DNA of 64,000 nt from Alkalispirochaeta sp. (GTDB taxonomy: Bacteria; Spirochaetota; Spirochaetia; DSM-27196; Alkalispirochaetaceae): NCBI GenBank assembly GCA_965242725.1, contig CBDESZ010000003.1:64001-128000 (forward strand). The letters are read 5' to 3'. Position 1 is the first letter of the stretch, and every line of letters starts with the position of its first letter. The notes under the pieces were generated by a model, which was given only the letters and a program-made list of their open reading frames with translations, was not told where the DNA came from and did not search any database. The translations under genes were made by a program, and so were the position numbers. Shown in pieces: positions 1 through 9,243 of the stretch.

Positions 1-750
1 TCTCCGCTCTTTGCCCAGGATTCAAATTCGGGGAATATAAGCGCCGCCGAGAGCCGCCGCATCCTCTCCGAAGTGGACGCGCTCGTTACCTTTGGAGATG
101 AGGACTTTTCCGCGGAGTACACCGTCACCGACGTCCGTCCCGGTGAGGGGACGCGACGCACCGTCTTTACCCTCTTCAGACGTGACCGGGCCAATACCTA
201 CACAATTGTCATCCAGGATCCCCGGGCGGACCGCGGCAAGGGCTATCTTCGCATTGACGACAACCTCTATCTCTACGACCCCGCGGCACGGCGCTTTACC
301 GTGGTCAACGCCTCCGAGCGCTTTCAGAACACCAACGCCCGTACCGCCGACTTCACCACATCCACCCTCGCCGAGGATTTCCGAATCACGGGCGAGTCCG
401 CCGAGCAGCTCGGCGCCTACGCCACCCGCGTGTACGATCTGGAGGCAATCACCGACGACGTCTCCTTTCCGCGCATGCGCATCTGGATCGACGAGAACAG
501 CCTCGTCCGCAAGGTGGAGGACTACAGCCTCTCCGGCCGCCACATGCGTACCACCGCGATTACGGAATATCGCCGCCTCGGCCAACGCTACGTCCCCGTC
601 CGCATCGTCATTCAGGACGAACTGCGCGGACGCGAGGTGGACGGACGCTTCCGGAATGAACGCACCCTCATCGACGTGGCCAAGCCCTCCCTTCAGGAGG
701 TGCCCGACATGGTCTTCACCCGGTCATTTCTGGAGCGGGTAGGGGAGTGA
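1..750 (+). CDS. Outer-membrane lipoprotein-sorting (LolA-like) protein, 5'-truncated by the window edge
   Basis: Frame +1 is open from base 1 (SPLFAQDSNSG..., end of a signal peptide). Motifs 'DRGKGYLRIDDNLYLYDP', 'ERFQNTNARTADF', 'RMRIWID' and 'FTRSFLER' are typical of this family. Confidence 0.75.
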   Translation, partial: SPLFAQDSNSGNISAAESRRILSEVDALVTFGDEDFSAEYTVTDVRPGEGTRRTVFTLFRRDRANTYTIVIQDPRADRGKGYLRIDDNLYLYDPAARRFTVVNASERFQNTNARTADFTTSTLAEDFRITGESAEQLGAYATRVYDLEAITDDVSFPRMRIWIDENSLVRKVEDYSLSGRHMRTTAITEYRRLGQRYVPVRIVIQDELRGREVDGRFRNERTLIDVAKPSLQEVPDMVFTRSFLERVGE

Positions 751-2082
751 GGCTCATTCTCGGCCGGCGGGCGGCGGTTCTCCTGCTTTTGGGCGCCGCC
801 TTCTGCGCAGCTGCACCGGGAGCTGCAGCCCAGGATATGGACGATCTCTTCTCCTCCCCCGACGGGACGGTGGAGGCGGGCGCAGCAGCCGACAATGAGG
901 AGGGGGCTACCGCCGAACCACCCGCGCAGGCGGAACAACCCCCGCCTGAGCCTGCCGACGCCGTGGACATCGACGCCCTCACCACCAGTCCCACCACGGT
1001 GAGGGGGCGGTTTACCGGCCGCGGCGGGATCGGGTTGGGCTTTGTGGAGTGGCCCGGAAGCGCCGCGGCCGGCGACGCCTCACCGGCGGATCTCAGGCGA
1101 TACTCTATTTTCTACGACTCCTCCGCATCCGTAACCGTGGACAGCCGCCCCACGCCCTATCTCCGCTTTCACACCTCCCTTTCAACTTCCCTCAATGAAG
1201 ACACCCTCACCTACGCCGCGCCGGAGGTGGATGAGCTCTTTGTGGACTACACCTTTGCTGAGACCCTCTTTTTCCGGGCCGGACGTTACGCCATGACCTG
1301 GGGGCGGGGACGCCTTTTTGACAACCCCGCCAACCTGGTGGAGCGTGTCGACGACGGTGCGGCGGTACGTGCGACCGTCCCCCTCTGGCGCGCCTCCTCC
1401 TTCACCGGGGTGATCTATTCCAACGAGGAGTGGATGGACGCCGACGGCGGGCGGTGAAGGGAACTACCGCGCCTTTGCCTATGCGGGACAGCTGGAAACG
1501 ACGGTCCGCTCCGTCACGGCGGAGCTGTCCGGCCGGTACAAGGACGGGGAACACACCGCTCTTGCCGGAGGACTCACCTTCGGCATCGGGGAGGTTACCT
1601 TCTCCGGGGAGGGTGTCTACCACTGGCAGGGCGACCGTTTCGGCACGCTGGACGGGACCGACGGCTACGCCATGGCCCTCGCAAACTTCCTCTATCGCTC
1701 TCCCGGCGGCGGGTGGACCCTCGCGGGGGAGTATCAGTTCGACGGCGCCGATATCGCCGACGATGACGGAGGGCGCCATCTTGTGGGAGGCGCGGTGAGC
1801 ATGCCCGCATTCGGTCGCGGCGGCTGGCGGCCGGGCATCCGCTGGCGTCACGCCCCGGCGGACACCTCCGGCGAAGTCCTTACCGCAATACGGGGCACCC
1901 TTGCACCTTCCGTCAATCTGGAGGTGGGGCTCCCGGTGATCTACGGTACGCCGGGCTCCTACTATCGTGACGCCCTCGCCGCGTCCGTCGCCGGTGGGGA
2001 TGATGACGACGAAAGCGATCTCATTCCCGTGGACAACGTTGTTATGGTTCTTTTTGCGCTGAGCCTGTCGATTCAATTCTGA
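747..2082 (+). pseudogene. Secreted/outer-membrane beta-strand-rich protein with one +1 frameshift near 1449 (probably an intact gene with a sequencing error)
   Basis: Signal peptide ...AAAQDMDDLF and a 'ELFVDY...FRAGRYAMTWG' barrel-like motif. Frame +3 stops at 1457. Frame +1 continues (GGEGNYRAFAYAGQLETT...) to a C-terminal 'LSLSIQF'. Confidence 0.6.
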
Positions 2083-2083
2083 A

Positions 2084-2821
2084 ATGAGTACAATAGTGTC
2101 AGTGACAATACCGGAAAAACCTAATACTACAGCTCCAGCAATTCGTCTAACCGGGGTGCACAAGGTCTATCCCCTGGGCAAGACCGAAGTGCACGCCATC
2201 AAGGGTGTCGACATCGCCATTAAGGGCGGCGATTTTGCAACAATCGCCGGTCCCTCCGGGAGCGGCAAATCCACCATCCTCAACCTCATCGGCTGCATCG
2301 ATGTCCCGACGTGGGGCACCGTGGAGATCATCGGCCACGAGACCTCCGCTCTCCGGGACCGGGAGATCACCCGCCTCCGCCATCAGGTGATCGGATTCAT
2401 CTTTCAGTCATTCAACCTCGTCCCCGTACTCAACGTCTACGAAAACGTCGAGCTCCCCTTGCTCCTCGGTTCGCCCGTCCCCAACCGCCGGGAGCGCAGG
2501 GAGTACGTCAACTTTCTTATCGATGAGGTGGGCCTTACCGAATGGCGCCGTCACCGCCCCAACGAACTCTCCGGCGGGCAGCGGCAGCGCGTCGCCATCG
2601 CCCGTGCCCTTGCTACCAAGCCGCGCATCGTCCTTGCCGACGAGCCCACCGCCAACCTCGACTCGACCACCGGCGCCGCCATCATTCAGCTCATGAAGAA
2701 AATCAATGCGGAGCTCTCCACCACCTTCATCTTTTCAACCCATGACGCCACCATCGTGGACATCGCCGACCACGTGATCCGCCTTCACGACGGTGAGGTT
2801 GTCGACGAGGAACGGCGATAG
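2084..2821 (+). CDS. ABC transporter ATP-binding protein, LolD/MacB-like
   Basis: Walker A GPSGSGKS, '[10 protein letters not shown]', LSGGQRQRV, '[10 protein letters not shown]', STHD. Confidence 0.9.
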   Translation: MSTIVSVTIPEKPNTTAPAIRLTGVHKVYPLGKTEVHAIKGVDIAIKGGDFATIAGPSGSGKSTILNLIGCIDVPTWGTVEIIGHETSALRDREITRLRHQVIGFIFQSFNLVPVLNVYENVELPLLLGSPVPNRRERREYVNFLIDEVGLTEWRRHRPNELSGGQRQRVAIARALATKPRIVLADEPTANLDSTTGAAIIQLMKKINAELSTTFIFSTHDATIVDIADHVIRLHDGEVVDEERR

Positions 2822-2887
2822 TTTGCCCTCCGCCGCCACTCTTGATTCTGCGCAATACGCCGGGATACTCTATATTAAGAATTTGCT

Positions 2888-3895
2888 ATGAGTATTATTG
2901 AGAATTCCCGATTCCACCGTGAATCGAGTGAACAGTCGGCAACGCATACACCGACCCGCCCCCATCCCTATGAGGACGAGACGATAAGCCTCATAGATCT
3001 CCTCGCGGTGGTGCTGCGCCATCGGCGGATCATAATCGGGGGGACGGCGGCGGCAGCGGTGCTGACGGCAGCCGCCCTCTTCCTCTTACCCCTGGCAGAC
3101 ATTCACATCCTGCCGCCGCCGGAGTATACCGCCCAGCGGCGTCTTCTTCTGGACCCGCTCCCCGAGGAGGTGCAAGCCTATCTCGGCGTCGACCTTCCCG
3201 CCACCGTCATGTCCGTTGTCAATGACCCCCGCGTCATTGGTGAGGTATACCGGCCTTACGACGACGCTCCCGAAGAGGGTCTGACACCGGAAGGCTATCT
3301 GACCAGGGTGCGCGACAACGTCATCGGTAACCGCTTCACCGCAGAGTGGGAGGAACAGACGCGCATGCTCGTCCTCTCCTTTACCGCGAATGACAGCGGC
3401 GACGCCCGCTCGTTTCTTGAAACCCTTGAAGGAGACCTCCGTGCGGAAACGGTGTCGCGCCTCGCGCCCCGTATTGAAGACGCACGCGGGACGATCAGTA
3501 CCGCCCTGGAGAATACACGGGACGACCTTCTCGCGGCGGTTGCGAACGTCCTGGACCCGCAAAGCGCCACCCAATCGGCCGGTTCCCGGCCCTTCCTCGC
3601 CGCCGTTGATGCCGATGCCGACGAAACCCTCCGCGCCCTTGCCGATCACCACCGTGCGCTGGCGCAGATCGAAGCCCTTGGTGAAAACGGGGACGCCGTC
3701 TTTTCCCCCGCCGGAGGGGTGACGGTTTTTGAGGAGGATCGCGCCGGCCGCTCCATGATCCTCATTATCACCGTCATCACCGCCTTCTTCCTCACCGTCT
3801 TTCTCGCCTTTGTGGTTGAGTACATCCATCGCGTCCGGCAGGAACCGGAGGAGATGGAGAAGATCGCCGCGGCGTGGCGCGGCCGGCGCTCCTGA
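2888..3895 (+). CDS. Wzz/FepE-like polysaccharide co-polymerase (chain-length determinant)
   Basis: 'EDETISLIDLLAVVLRHRRIII' followed by a TM segment, a helical middle region, and a C-terminal TM 'IITVITAFFLTVFLAFVVEY'. Confidence 0.75.
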   Translation: MSIIENSRFHRESSEQSATHTPTRPHPYEDETISLIDLLAVVLRHRRIIIGGTAAAAVLTAAALFLLPLADIHILPPPEYTAQRRLLLDPLPEEVQAYLGVDLPATVMSVVNDPRVIGEVYRPYDDAPEEGLTPEGYLTRVRDNVIGNRFTAEWEEQTRMLVLSFTANDSGDARSFLETLEGDLRAETVSRLAPRIEDARGTISTALENTRDDLLAAVANVLDPQSATQSAGSRPFLAAVDADADETLRALADHHRALAQIEALGENGDAVFSPAGGVTVFEEDRAGRSMILIITVITAFFLTVFLAFVVEYIHRVRQEPEEMEKIAAAWRGRRS

Positions 3896-3959
3896 AGGGA
3901 GCGTCGCCGCCCGACGCCCTCGCGCCTCGCGGCCGGGCATCCTGTGACACCCGTGTTCA

Positions 3960-3988
3960 TTTACAAATTCCCCGGAAGCACCTATACT
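3960..3988 (+). promoter_or_regulatory. sigma70-type promoter of the amino-acid ABC operon
   Basis: TTTACA (3960-3965), 17 nt spacer, TATACT (3983-3988). GAGGAG RBS before ATG 4022. Confidence 0.65.
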
Positions 3989-4021
3989 GCCGCATATTTT
4001 ACAACCCATTGAGGAGTAGTC

Positions 4022-4831
4022 ATGAAAAAGCTGATTGCAGCGGTAGTGTTGTTTGCGGCGGCGAGCGTCGTCTTTGCAACCGGTGCGGCGGAAACCGGTG
4101 CGGAGGGCGACGATTCCCTGACGCGCATCATGGACAAGGGCGAGCTCGTCCTCGGCCTTGACGACAGTTTTCCCCCCATGGGATTCCGCGGCGACAACGG
4201 CGAGATCGTCGGATTTGACATCGACCTGGCAAAGGAAGTTGCCGAACGCCTGGGCGTGACCCTGCGCCTCCAGCCCATCGACTGGGATTCCAAGGTCCTT
4301 GACCTCAACAGCCGCGACATCGACGTCATCTGGAACGGCCTGACCATCACCCCGGAGCGGCGGGAGCAGATCCTCTTCTCCAAGCCCTACCTGGCAAACC
4401 GGCAGATCGTCATCGTTCAGGACGACAGTGATATCGACACCAAAGAAGACCTCGCCGGCGCCGTGGTGGGCATTCAGCTCGGATCCAGCGCGGAGAACGC
4501 CGTCAACGCCGACGGTGCGACGGTGGAGACCTTTGAGGAACTCGCCCGTTATCAGGACAACGTACAGGCACTGCTGGACCTGGAAGTGGGCCGCGTGGAC
4601 GCCGTCGTGGTGGATGAGATCCTCGGGCGCTACTACATCTCCCAGAAGCCGGGCACCTTCAAGGTCGCTTCCCATTACTTTGCAGAGGAAGAGTACGGCA
4701 TCGGATTCCGCCTTGGTGAAGTCGCCTTCCGGGACGCCGTGGATGAAGCGATCGACGAAATGGTCGCCGACGGCACCGCCGCGGAAATCTCGCGGAAGTG
4801 GTTCGGCGAGATGGTGGTCCTGCCCCGCTGA
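4022..4831 (+). CDS. Polar amino-acid ABC transporter substrate-binding protein
   Basis: 'LVLGLDDSFPPMGF...GFDIDLA', 'DVIWNGLTITPER', 'EEYGIGFR'. Confidence 0.9.
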   Translation: MKKLIAAVVLFAAASVVFATGAAETGAEGDDSLTRIMDKGELVLGLDDSFPPMGFRGDNGEIVGFDIDLAKEVAERLGVTLRLQPIDWDSKVLDLNSRDIDVIWNGLTITPERREQILFSKPYLANRQIVIVQDDSDIDTKEDLAGAVVGIQLGSSAENAVNADGATVETFEELARYQDNVQALLDLEVGRVDAVVVDEILGRYYISQKPGTFKVASHYFAEEEYGIGFRLGEVAFRDAVDEAIDEMVADGTAAEISRKWFGEMVVLPR

Positions 4832-5481
4832 TGGAGTATTACCTTCAGACAACCCATTACATCATGGAGGGTGCATCGGTCACCCTCCGGCTCTTCGCCC
4901 TCACCCTGATCTTCTCCCTTCCCCTGGGATTCATCGGGGCGATGGGCAAGACCTCCCGGCGGCGATGGCTCAGGCTGCCCCTTGGCTTCTACACCTCCGT
5001 GGTCCGGGGCACGCCCCTCCTCTTGCAGCTCTTCTTCGTCTACTACGGCCTGCCCCTGATGATCCCGGCCCTGCGCTTTGAGCGCTTCTCCGCCGCCGTC
5101 TTCACCTTCATCATCAACTACGCCGCCTACTTTGTGGAAATCTTTCGCGCCGGCATTCAGTCAATCGACCGCGGCCAGTACGAAGCCGCCAAGGTCCTCG
5201 GCATGAACTACCGCCAGACGATGGTGCGCATCGTGCTGCCCCAGACGGTCAAGCGCGTCCTGCCCCCCGTCGCCAACGAGGCGATCACCCTCGTCAAGGA
5301 CACCGCCCTCGTCGTCGTACTCGGTATCGGCGAAATCCTGCGCAACTCCAAGGAGATCGTGAGCCGGGACTTCACCATCAGTCCCTTCGTCATCGCCGGC
5401 ATCATCTATCTCATTTTCAACTACGGCGTCGTCTGGATCTTTGCCAGGCTGGAGCAGAAATATGCGGTCTATGAAGGATAA
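4831..5481 (+). CDS. Polar amino-acid ABC transporter permease
   Basis: 'RGTPLLLQL', '[22 protein letters not shown]', 'KDTALV'. ATG overlaps the upstream stop (TGATG). Confidence 0.9.
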   Translation: MEYYLQTTHYIMEGASVTLRLFALTLIFSLPLGFIGAMGKTSRRRWLRLPLGFYTSVVRGTPLLLQLFFVYYGLPLMIPALRFERFSAAVFTFIINYAAYFVEIFRAGIQSIDRGQYEAAKVLGMNYRQTMVRIVLPQTVKRVLPPVANEAITLVKDTALVVVLGIGEILRNSKEIVSRDFTISPFVIAGIIYLIFNYGVVWIFARLEQKYAVYEG

Positions 5482-6388
5482 GGTTGAACCCAGGGGTTCT
5501 GGGGAGCTCGGCCGAGCAACCGCGGACCAACCCGGATCGGGAGGCGCCGCGGGCGCCGCCGCCGCGGACGGTGTGCCTATGATAAACGTGGTGGGTCTCC
5601 ACAAGTACTTCGGCGACCTCCACGTCCTCAAAGGGGTGGATCTCGCCGTCCGACCCGGAGAGATCGTCTCGGTGATCGGGCCGTCGGGAAGCGGCAAGAG
5701 CACCCTCCTGCGCTGCCTCATCCATCTTGAAGAGGTGAGCCGCGGCACCGTGGAGATCGAGGGCGAACCCATTGCGCTGGAGGAGATTTTGGAGGCGCCG
5801 GGCGTGGCGGATGAGGCGCAGCGTGACGCCTCGCGTTCAACCTCGCACAGCCGCCAGAAACACATACCGGAGCACACAATCCGCCGGCGCTGCCGCAAGC
5901 TGGGCATGGTCTTTCAGAACTTCAACCTCTTTCCCCACAAGACCGCTCTGGGTAACGTCATCGAGGGGCTCCTGGTGGTCGCCAAAGTGAACCGCGACGA
6001 GGCGGTGAAGCGCGGAGAGGCGATGCTTGAGAAAGTCGGTCTCTCGGACAAGCGGGACGTCTACCCGGCGTACCTCTCGGGCGGGCAGAAGCAGCGTGTC
6101 GCCATCGCCCGGATGCTCGCCATGGAGCCGGACGTCATGCTCTTTGACGAGCCCACCAGCGCCCTGGACCCCGAGCTTGTCGGCGAGGTGCTGGCGGTGA
6201 TCAAGTCCCTCGCCCAGGAGCATATGACCATGGTGGTGGTCACCCATGAGATGGGCTTCTGTCGGGAGCTCTCGGACCGCGTCGTCTTCATGGACGACGG
6301 GCGTATCATCGAGATCGCCCCGCCGGACAAGCTCTTCACCAACCCCGACCACCCGCGAATCAGGACCTTTCTGGAGAAGATGCTCTAG
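5471..6388 (+). CDS. Polar amino-acid ABC transporter ATP-binding protein (GlnQ-like)
   Basis: GPSGSGKS, '[11 protein letters not shown]', LSGGQKQRV, '[11 protein letters not shown]', 'VTHEMGF'. The start could instead be 5579. Confidence 0.9.
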   Translation: MKDKVEPRGSGELGRATADQPGSGGAAGAAAADGVPMINVVGLHKYFGDLHVLKGVDLAVRPGEIVSVIGPSGSGKSTLLRCLIHLEEVSRGTVEIEGEPIALEEILEAPGVADEAQRDASRSTSHSRQKHIPEHTIRRRCRKLGMVFQNFNLFPHKTALGNVIEGLLVVAKVNRDEAVKRGEAMLEKVGLSDKRDVYPAYLSGGQKQRVAIARMLAMEPDVMLFDEPTSALDPELVGEVLAVIKSLAQEHMTMVVVTHEMGFCRELSDRVVFMDDGRIIEIAPPDKLFTNPDHPRIRTFLEKML

Positions 6389-6523
6389 CGGCGGTGCGCG
6401 GAGACGTGGAGGCGCGGGGGACGGAGTGCAGGAGCGCCAGGGAACGCGGAAGGGCCGGCACTGCAGGCGCGCTATAACCCGCGATAGGGCTGGCCGCGAC
6501 GCATGCAGAAGTGTGGCGGCCGT

Positions 6524-6826
6524 TCACCGGCGGCCGATGCTTCGCAGGGCCGCAGTAGACAGGCGGATGGTAAGGATTTCTATTCTGCATCCGTCACGAT
6601 CCGTCAGGTCGAGTTTATAGATAATCGCCGCGCCCCTCGTCTTGATGCGATAAAAGCGGAAGCGTCCGTCCTTCAGCCGCTCCGCCGCCGCGGGCGGTGC
6701 GGGTGGTACGGGCCGTGTCCGGGCGACACGGTCAATGAGCGCCACGACCCGTGACAGGTACGGTTCCGGAAGCCGTTCTATGATCTCCGCCACCTTACCG
6801 CGAATTGCGACGGAGCAGCCGGGCAC
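6524..6826 (-). CDS. Divergent RelE/ParE-like toxin homologue
   Basis: GTG at 6826 follows a GGAGG RBS and overlaps the end of the antitoxin. About 100 aa with RelE-like layout (SVAI..KVAEIIERLP...ERLKDG..FYRIK....IIYKLD...IEILTI). Confidence 0.5.
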   Translation of the reverse strand: MPGCSVAIRGKVAEIIERLPEPYLSRVVALIDRVARTRPVPPAPPAAAERLKDGRFRFYRIKTRGAAIIYKLDLTDRDGCRIEILTIRLSTAALRSIGRR

Positions 6827-7040
6827 GCACCACCTCCCAGTCAAACGACTGATCTTCATGATCCTGCAAGGCCGAAACGGACAGGCGAAGATCCACGTAA
6901 TCGGCAAAATACTTGTTCACCGCGATGCGGATAACGTCCGCCCGGGACCGCCCCAGTTCCGCCGCCGTCGCGTCTATGGCTTCAACGAGGTCGATCGGCA
7001 TTCGCGCCGTCACCTGGGTTGTGTACCTGGTTGTGTGCAT
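6795..7040 (-). CDS. Ribbon-helix-helix (CopG-like) antitoxin
   Basis: RHH pattern 'QVTARMPIDLVEAIDATAAELGRSRADVIRIAV' and an acidic tail 'LQDHEDQSFDWEVVR'. Confidence 0.7.
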   Translation of the reverse strand: MHTTRYTTQVTARMPIDLVEAIDATAAELGRSRADVIRIAVNKYFADYVDLRLSVSALQDHEDQSFDWEVVRARLLRRNSR

Positions 7041-7133
7041 ATCCCTTCCCAGCGCAGGAACATCCGCGCCGATTCAGGAAGTTTCCGTGGGACGGCGGGA
7101 AACCGGACGGCGAAGAAAACGGCGGCCGAATGG

Positions 7134-7201
7134 GAAAAGCTGCCAAATAGGAAAAGTGGCAAACCAAGAAAAGTGGCAACACAAGAAAAGCTGCGAAATA
7201 G
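7134..7201. repeat. Four tandem 17-bp imperfect direct repeats
   Basis: GAAAAGCTGCCAAATAG / GAAAAGTGGCAAACCAA / GAAAAGTGGCAACACAA / GAAAAGCTGCGAAATAG, head to tail. Confidence 0.85.
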
Positions 7202-7416
7202 GGGAGTGTAAATGAAGTCAGTGGGAGTCAATGGGAGTCCGGGGCTGCCGTAGGTCGGGACCATTCGGACGTAATGTCTTCGGACATAACGTCATTGGGT
7301 GCCATTGAATGTCGTTACACTCCAGTATTTTGGGGCGCGATGGCGTGCAGAAGATACCGAGTGCAGTCTTCGCCGTGTCGCAATGACCGCAGTTGGTATA
7401 TACTTTTTTCCGTTCT

Positions 7417-9243
7417 ATGTACTTCACCCTTATCGTCCTTGTGGCAATTCTTGCAGCCCTTCTCTTTGATCTGGCGTCGTCGGATATGATCTTTGGCGCG
7501 GCCCTTGTCGTTCTCCTATTTGGCGGAATTATTTCGCCCGATGAGGCGCTGGCGGGTTTTGCCAATAAGGGTATGGTGACGGTGGGGCTTCTTTTTATCG
7601 TCAGTCAGGCGGTTCAGAATACCGGCGTCTTTCAGACCATCGCTGATCGTTTTCTGAAAATGGGTCGGAATCCGGAAGAGGACAATCCGCATGTTGGCGC
7701 GCTCATGTTGCGTATCATGGCACCGGTGACGCTTCTGAGTGCCTTTTTGAACAACACGCCCATCGTTACGATTTTTACTCCCGTCGTTCGGCGGTGGGCA
7801 GTGGGGCGCGGGCTGGCGCCGGGCAAGTTTCTTATTCCCCTGAGTTATGCCGCCATTTTCGGCGGTGTCTGCACCCTCATCGGGACGAGCACCAATCTTG
7901 TTGTCCATGGCCTCGCGTTGGATATGGGGCTTTCGGGGTTCAGCTTTTTTGAACTCGCCAAGGTAGGTTTACCCGTCGCGCTCGCAGGATATGTCTATCT
8001 CTCCCTCGCGGGTCAGCGCCTCCTTCCGGGAAACCGGGATCTCATGGAAAAGGTCGATACCGATCCGCGGGAGTATTTTATCGAAATGGTTGTTGAACCG
8101 GGCGGACCGCTGGCGGGTAAGTCGATTGAAGGAGCCCGATTGCGCAGTCTTACCGGCGTGTACCTGACTGATATTGAGCGGGATTCCCGGCATATCGGTC
8201 CGGTGAGCCCCGATGAGGTGCTGCTGGACGGCGACCGTCTCCTCTTTGTCGGGCAGACGGACGCCGTTTCCTCCGTCGCGGCGATTCCCGGATTGGCTCC
8301 GGCCGACCAGGAACAGCTGGATCGTGACTCCCGCAAGCTTGCCAACCGTCTCGTTGAGGTTGTGGTGAGCCATACGAGTCCCGCCATCGGAAGGACGATA
8401 CGGGAGTTTGATTTTCGCAGTGTCTATAACGCCAGTGTCATTGCCGTGAGCAGGAACGGCGAACGGGTACAGGGTCGCCTCGGGGATATACGTCTTCAGT
8501 CGGGGGACACCCTCGTACTCCTTGCCCAGGCAAGTTTCGGCAGGCGCTGGCGGGACAGCCAGCACTTTTACCTCATCAGCAGGCTCGATCAGCTTACTCC
8601 GGAAGCGCAGGGGAAGGGGTGGCTTGCCCTGTTGGTAGTCGGCGCGATGATTGTTGCAGCCGCGATTGGGGAATACCTGCCGCCCCTGGGCGCGGGCGGC
8701 GGCTCAGACGGTCATCGTATCGATATGTTCTACGCCGCCGCCGGCGCGGCTTTCCTCCTGATGATCGCCCGGGTGATCCGTCCCGCCGCCGCCCGCAACT
8801 CCATCCGCTGGGACGTTCTCATTACGATAGCCGCCGCTTTCGGCGTGAGTAAGGCCCTCTTCAACAGCGGTCTCGCTCAGGCCGTTGCCCACGGCCTCGT
8901 TGAGACGATGAGTCCCTTTGGTGTCCTTGGCGCGTTGGCGGCGGTCTATATTGCGACGACGATTTTTACGGAGATCATTACGAACAACGCTGCGGCGGCG
9001 CTGATGTTTCCCATTGCCGTTGCGACGGCCGAGCGTGCAGGGAGTAACCCCATGGCCTTTCTGGTGGCCGTTGCGATTGCCGCCAGCGCCAGTTTTGCGA
9101 CGCCCATTGGATATCAGACCAACCTGATCGTCCAGGGTGCCGGGGGGTACAAATTTCGGGACTTTCTCCGCGTCGGTCTTCCCCTGAATCTTCTTGTCGG
9201 TGTTATTGCCGTCGTTGCTATTATTTTCTGGTATGATATTTAG
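7417..9243 (+). CDS. SLC13/DASS-family permease with two TrkA-C domains, probable sulfate transporter
   Basis: 'SAFLNNTP', 'GGVCTLIGTSTNL', RCK_C repeats, 'TEIITNNAAA', 'FATPIGYQTNL'. Lies upstream of cysQ-cysD-cysNC. Confidence 0.85.
   Translation: MYFTLIVLVAILAALLFDLASSDMIFGAALVVLLFGGIISPDEALAGFANKGMVTVGLLFIVSQAVQNTGVFQTIADRFLKMGRNPEEDNPHVGALMLRIMAPVTLLSAFLNNTPIVTIFTPVVRRWAVGRGLAPGKFLIPLSYAAIFGGVCTLIGTSTNLVVHGLALDMGLSGFSFFELAKVGLPVALAGYVYLSLAGQRLLPGNRDLMEKVDTDPREYFIEMVVEPGGPLAGKSIEGARLRSLTGVYLTDIERDSRHIGPVSPDEVLLDGDRLLFVGQTDAVSSVAAIPGLAPADQEQLDRDSRKLANRLVEVVVSHTSPAIGRTIREFDFRSVYNASVIAVSRNGERVQGRLGDIRLQSGDTLVLLAQASFGRRWRDSQHFYLISRLDQLTPEAQGKGWLALLVVGAMIVAAAIGEYLPPLGAGGGSDGHRIDMFYAAAGAAFLLMIARVIRPAAARNSIRWDVLITIAAAFGVSKALFNSGLAQAVAHGLVETMSPFGVLGALAAVYIATTIFTEIITNNAAAALMFPIAVATAERAGSNPMAFLVAVAIAASASFATPIGYQTNLIVQGAGGYKFRDFLRVGLPLNLLVGVIAVVAIIFWYDI

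Noticed and set aside
3086..4852. 588-aa minus-strand ORF, and similar long ORFs at 9380-11107, 12099-13403, 15084-16541, 19864-21138 and 55144-56325
   Set aside because: Antisense shadows of well-supported plus-strand genes, expected in GC-rich DNA. They show no motifs.
7134..7240. Repeats as a CRISPR array or plasmid iterons
   Set aside because: Units are 10-17 bp and head to tail with no spacers. No cas or rep gene is nearby.
7240..7416. JUMPStart/ops element before the glycan locus
   Set aside because: No GGCGGTAG motif in this leader region.
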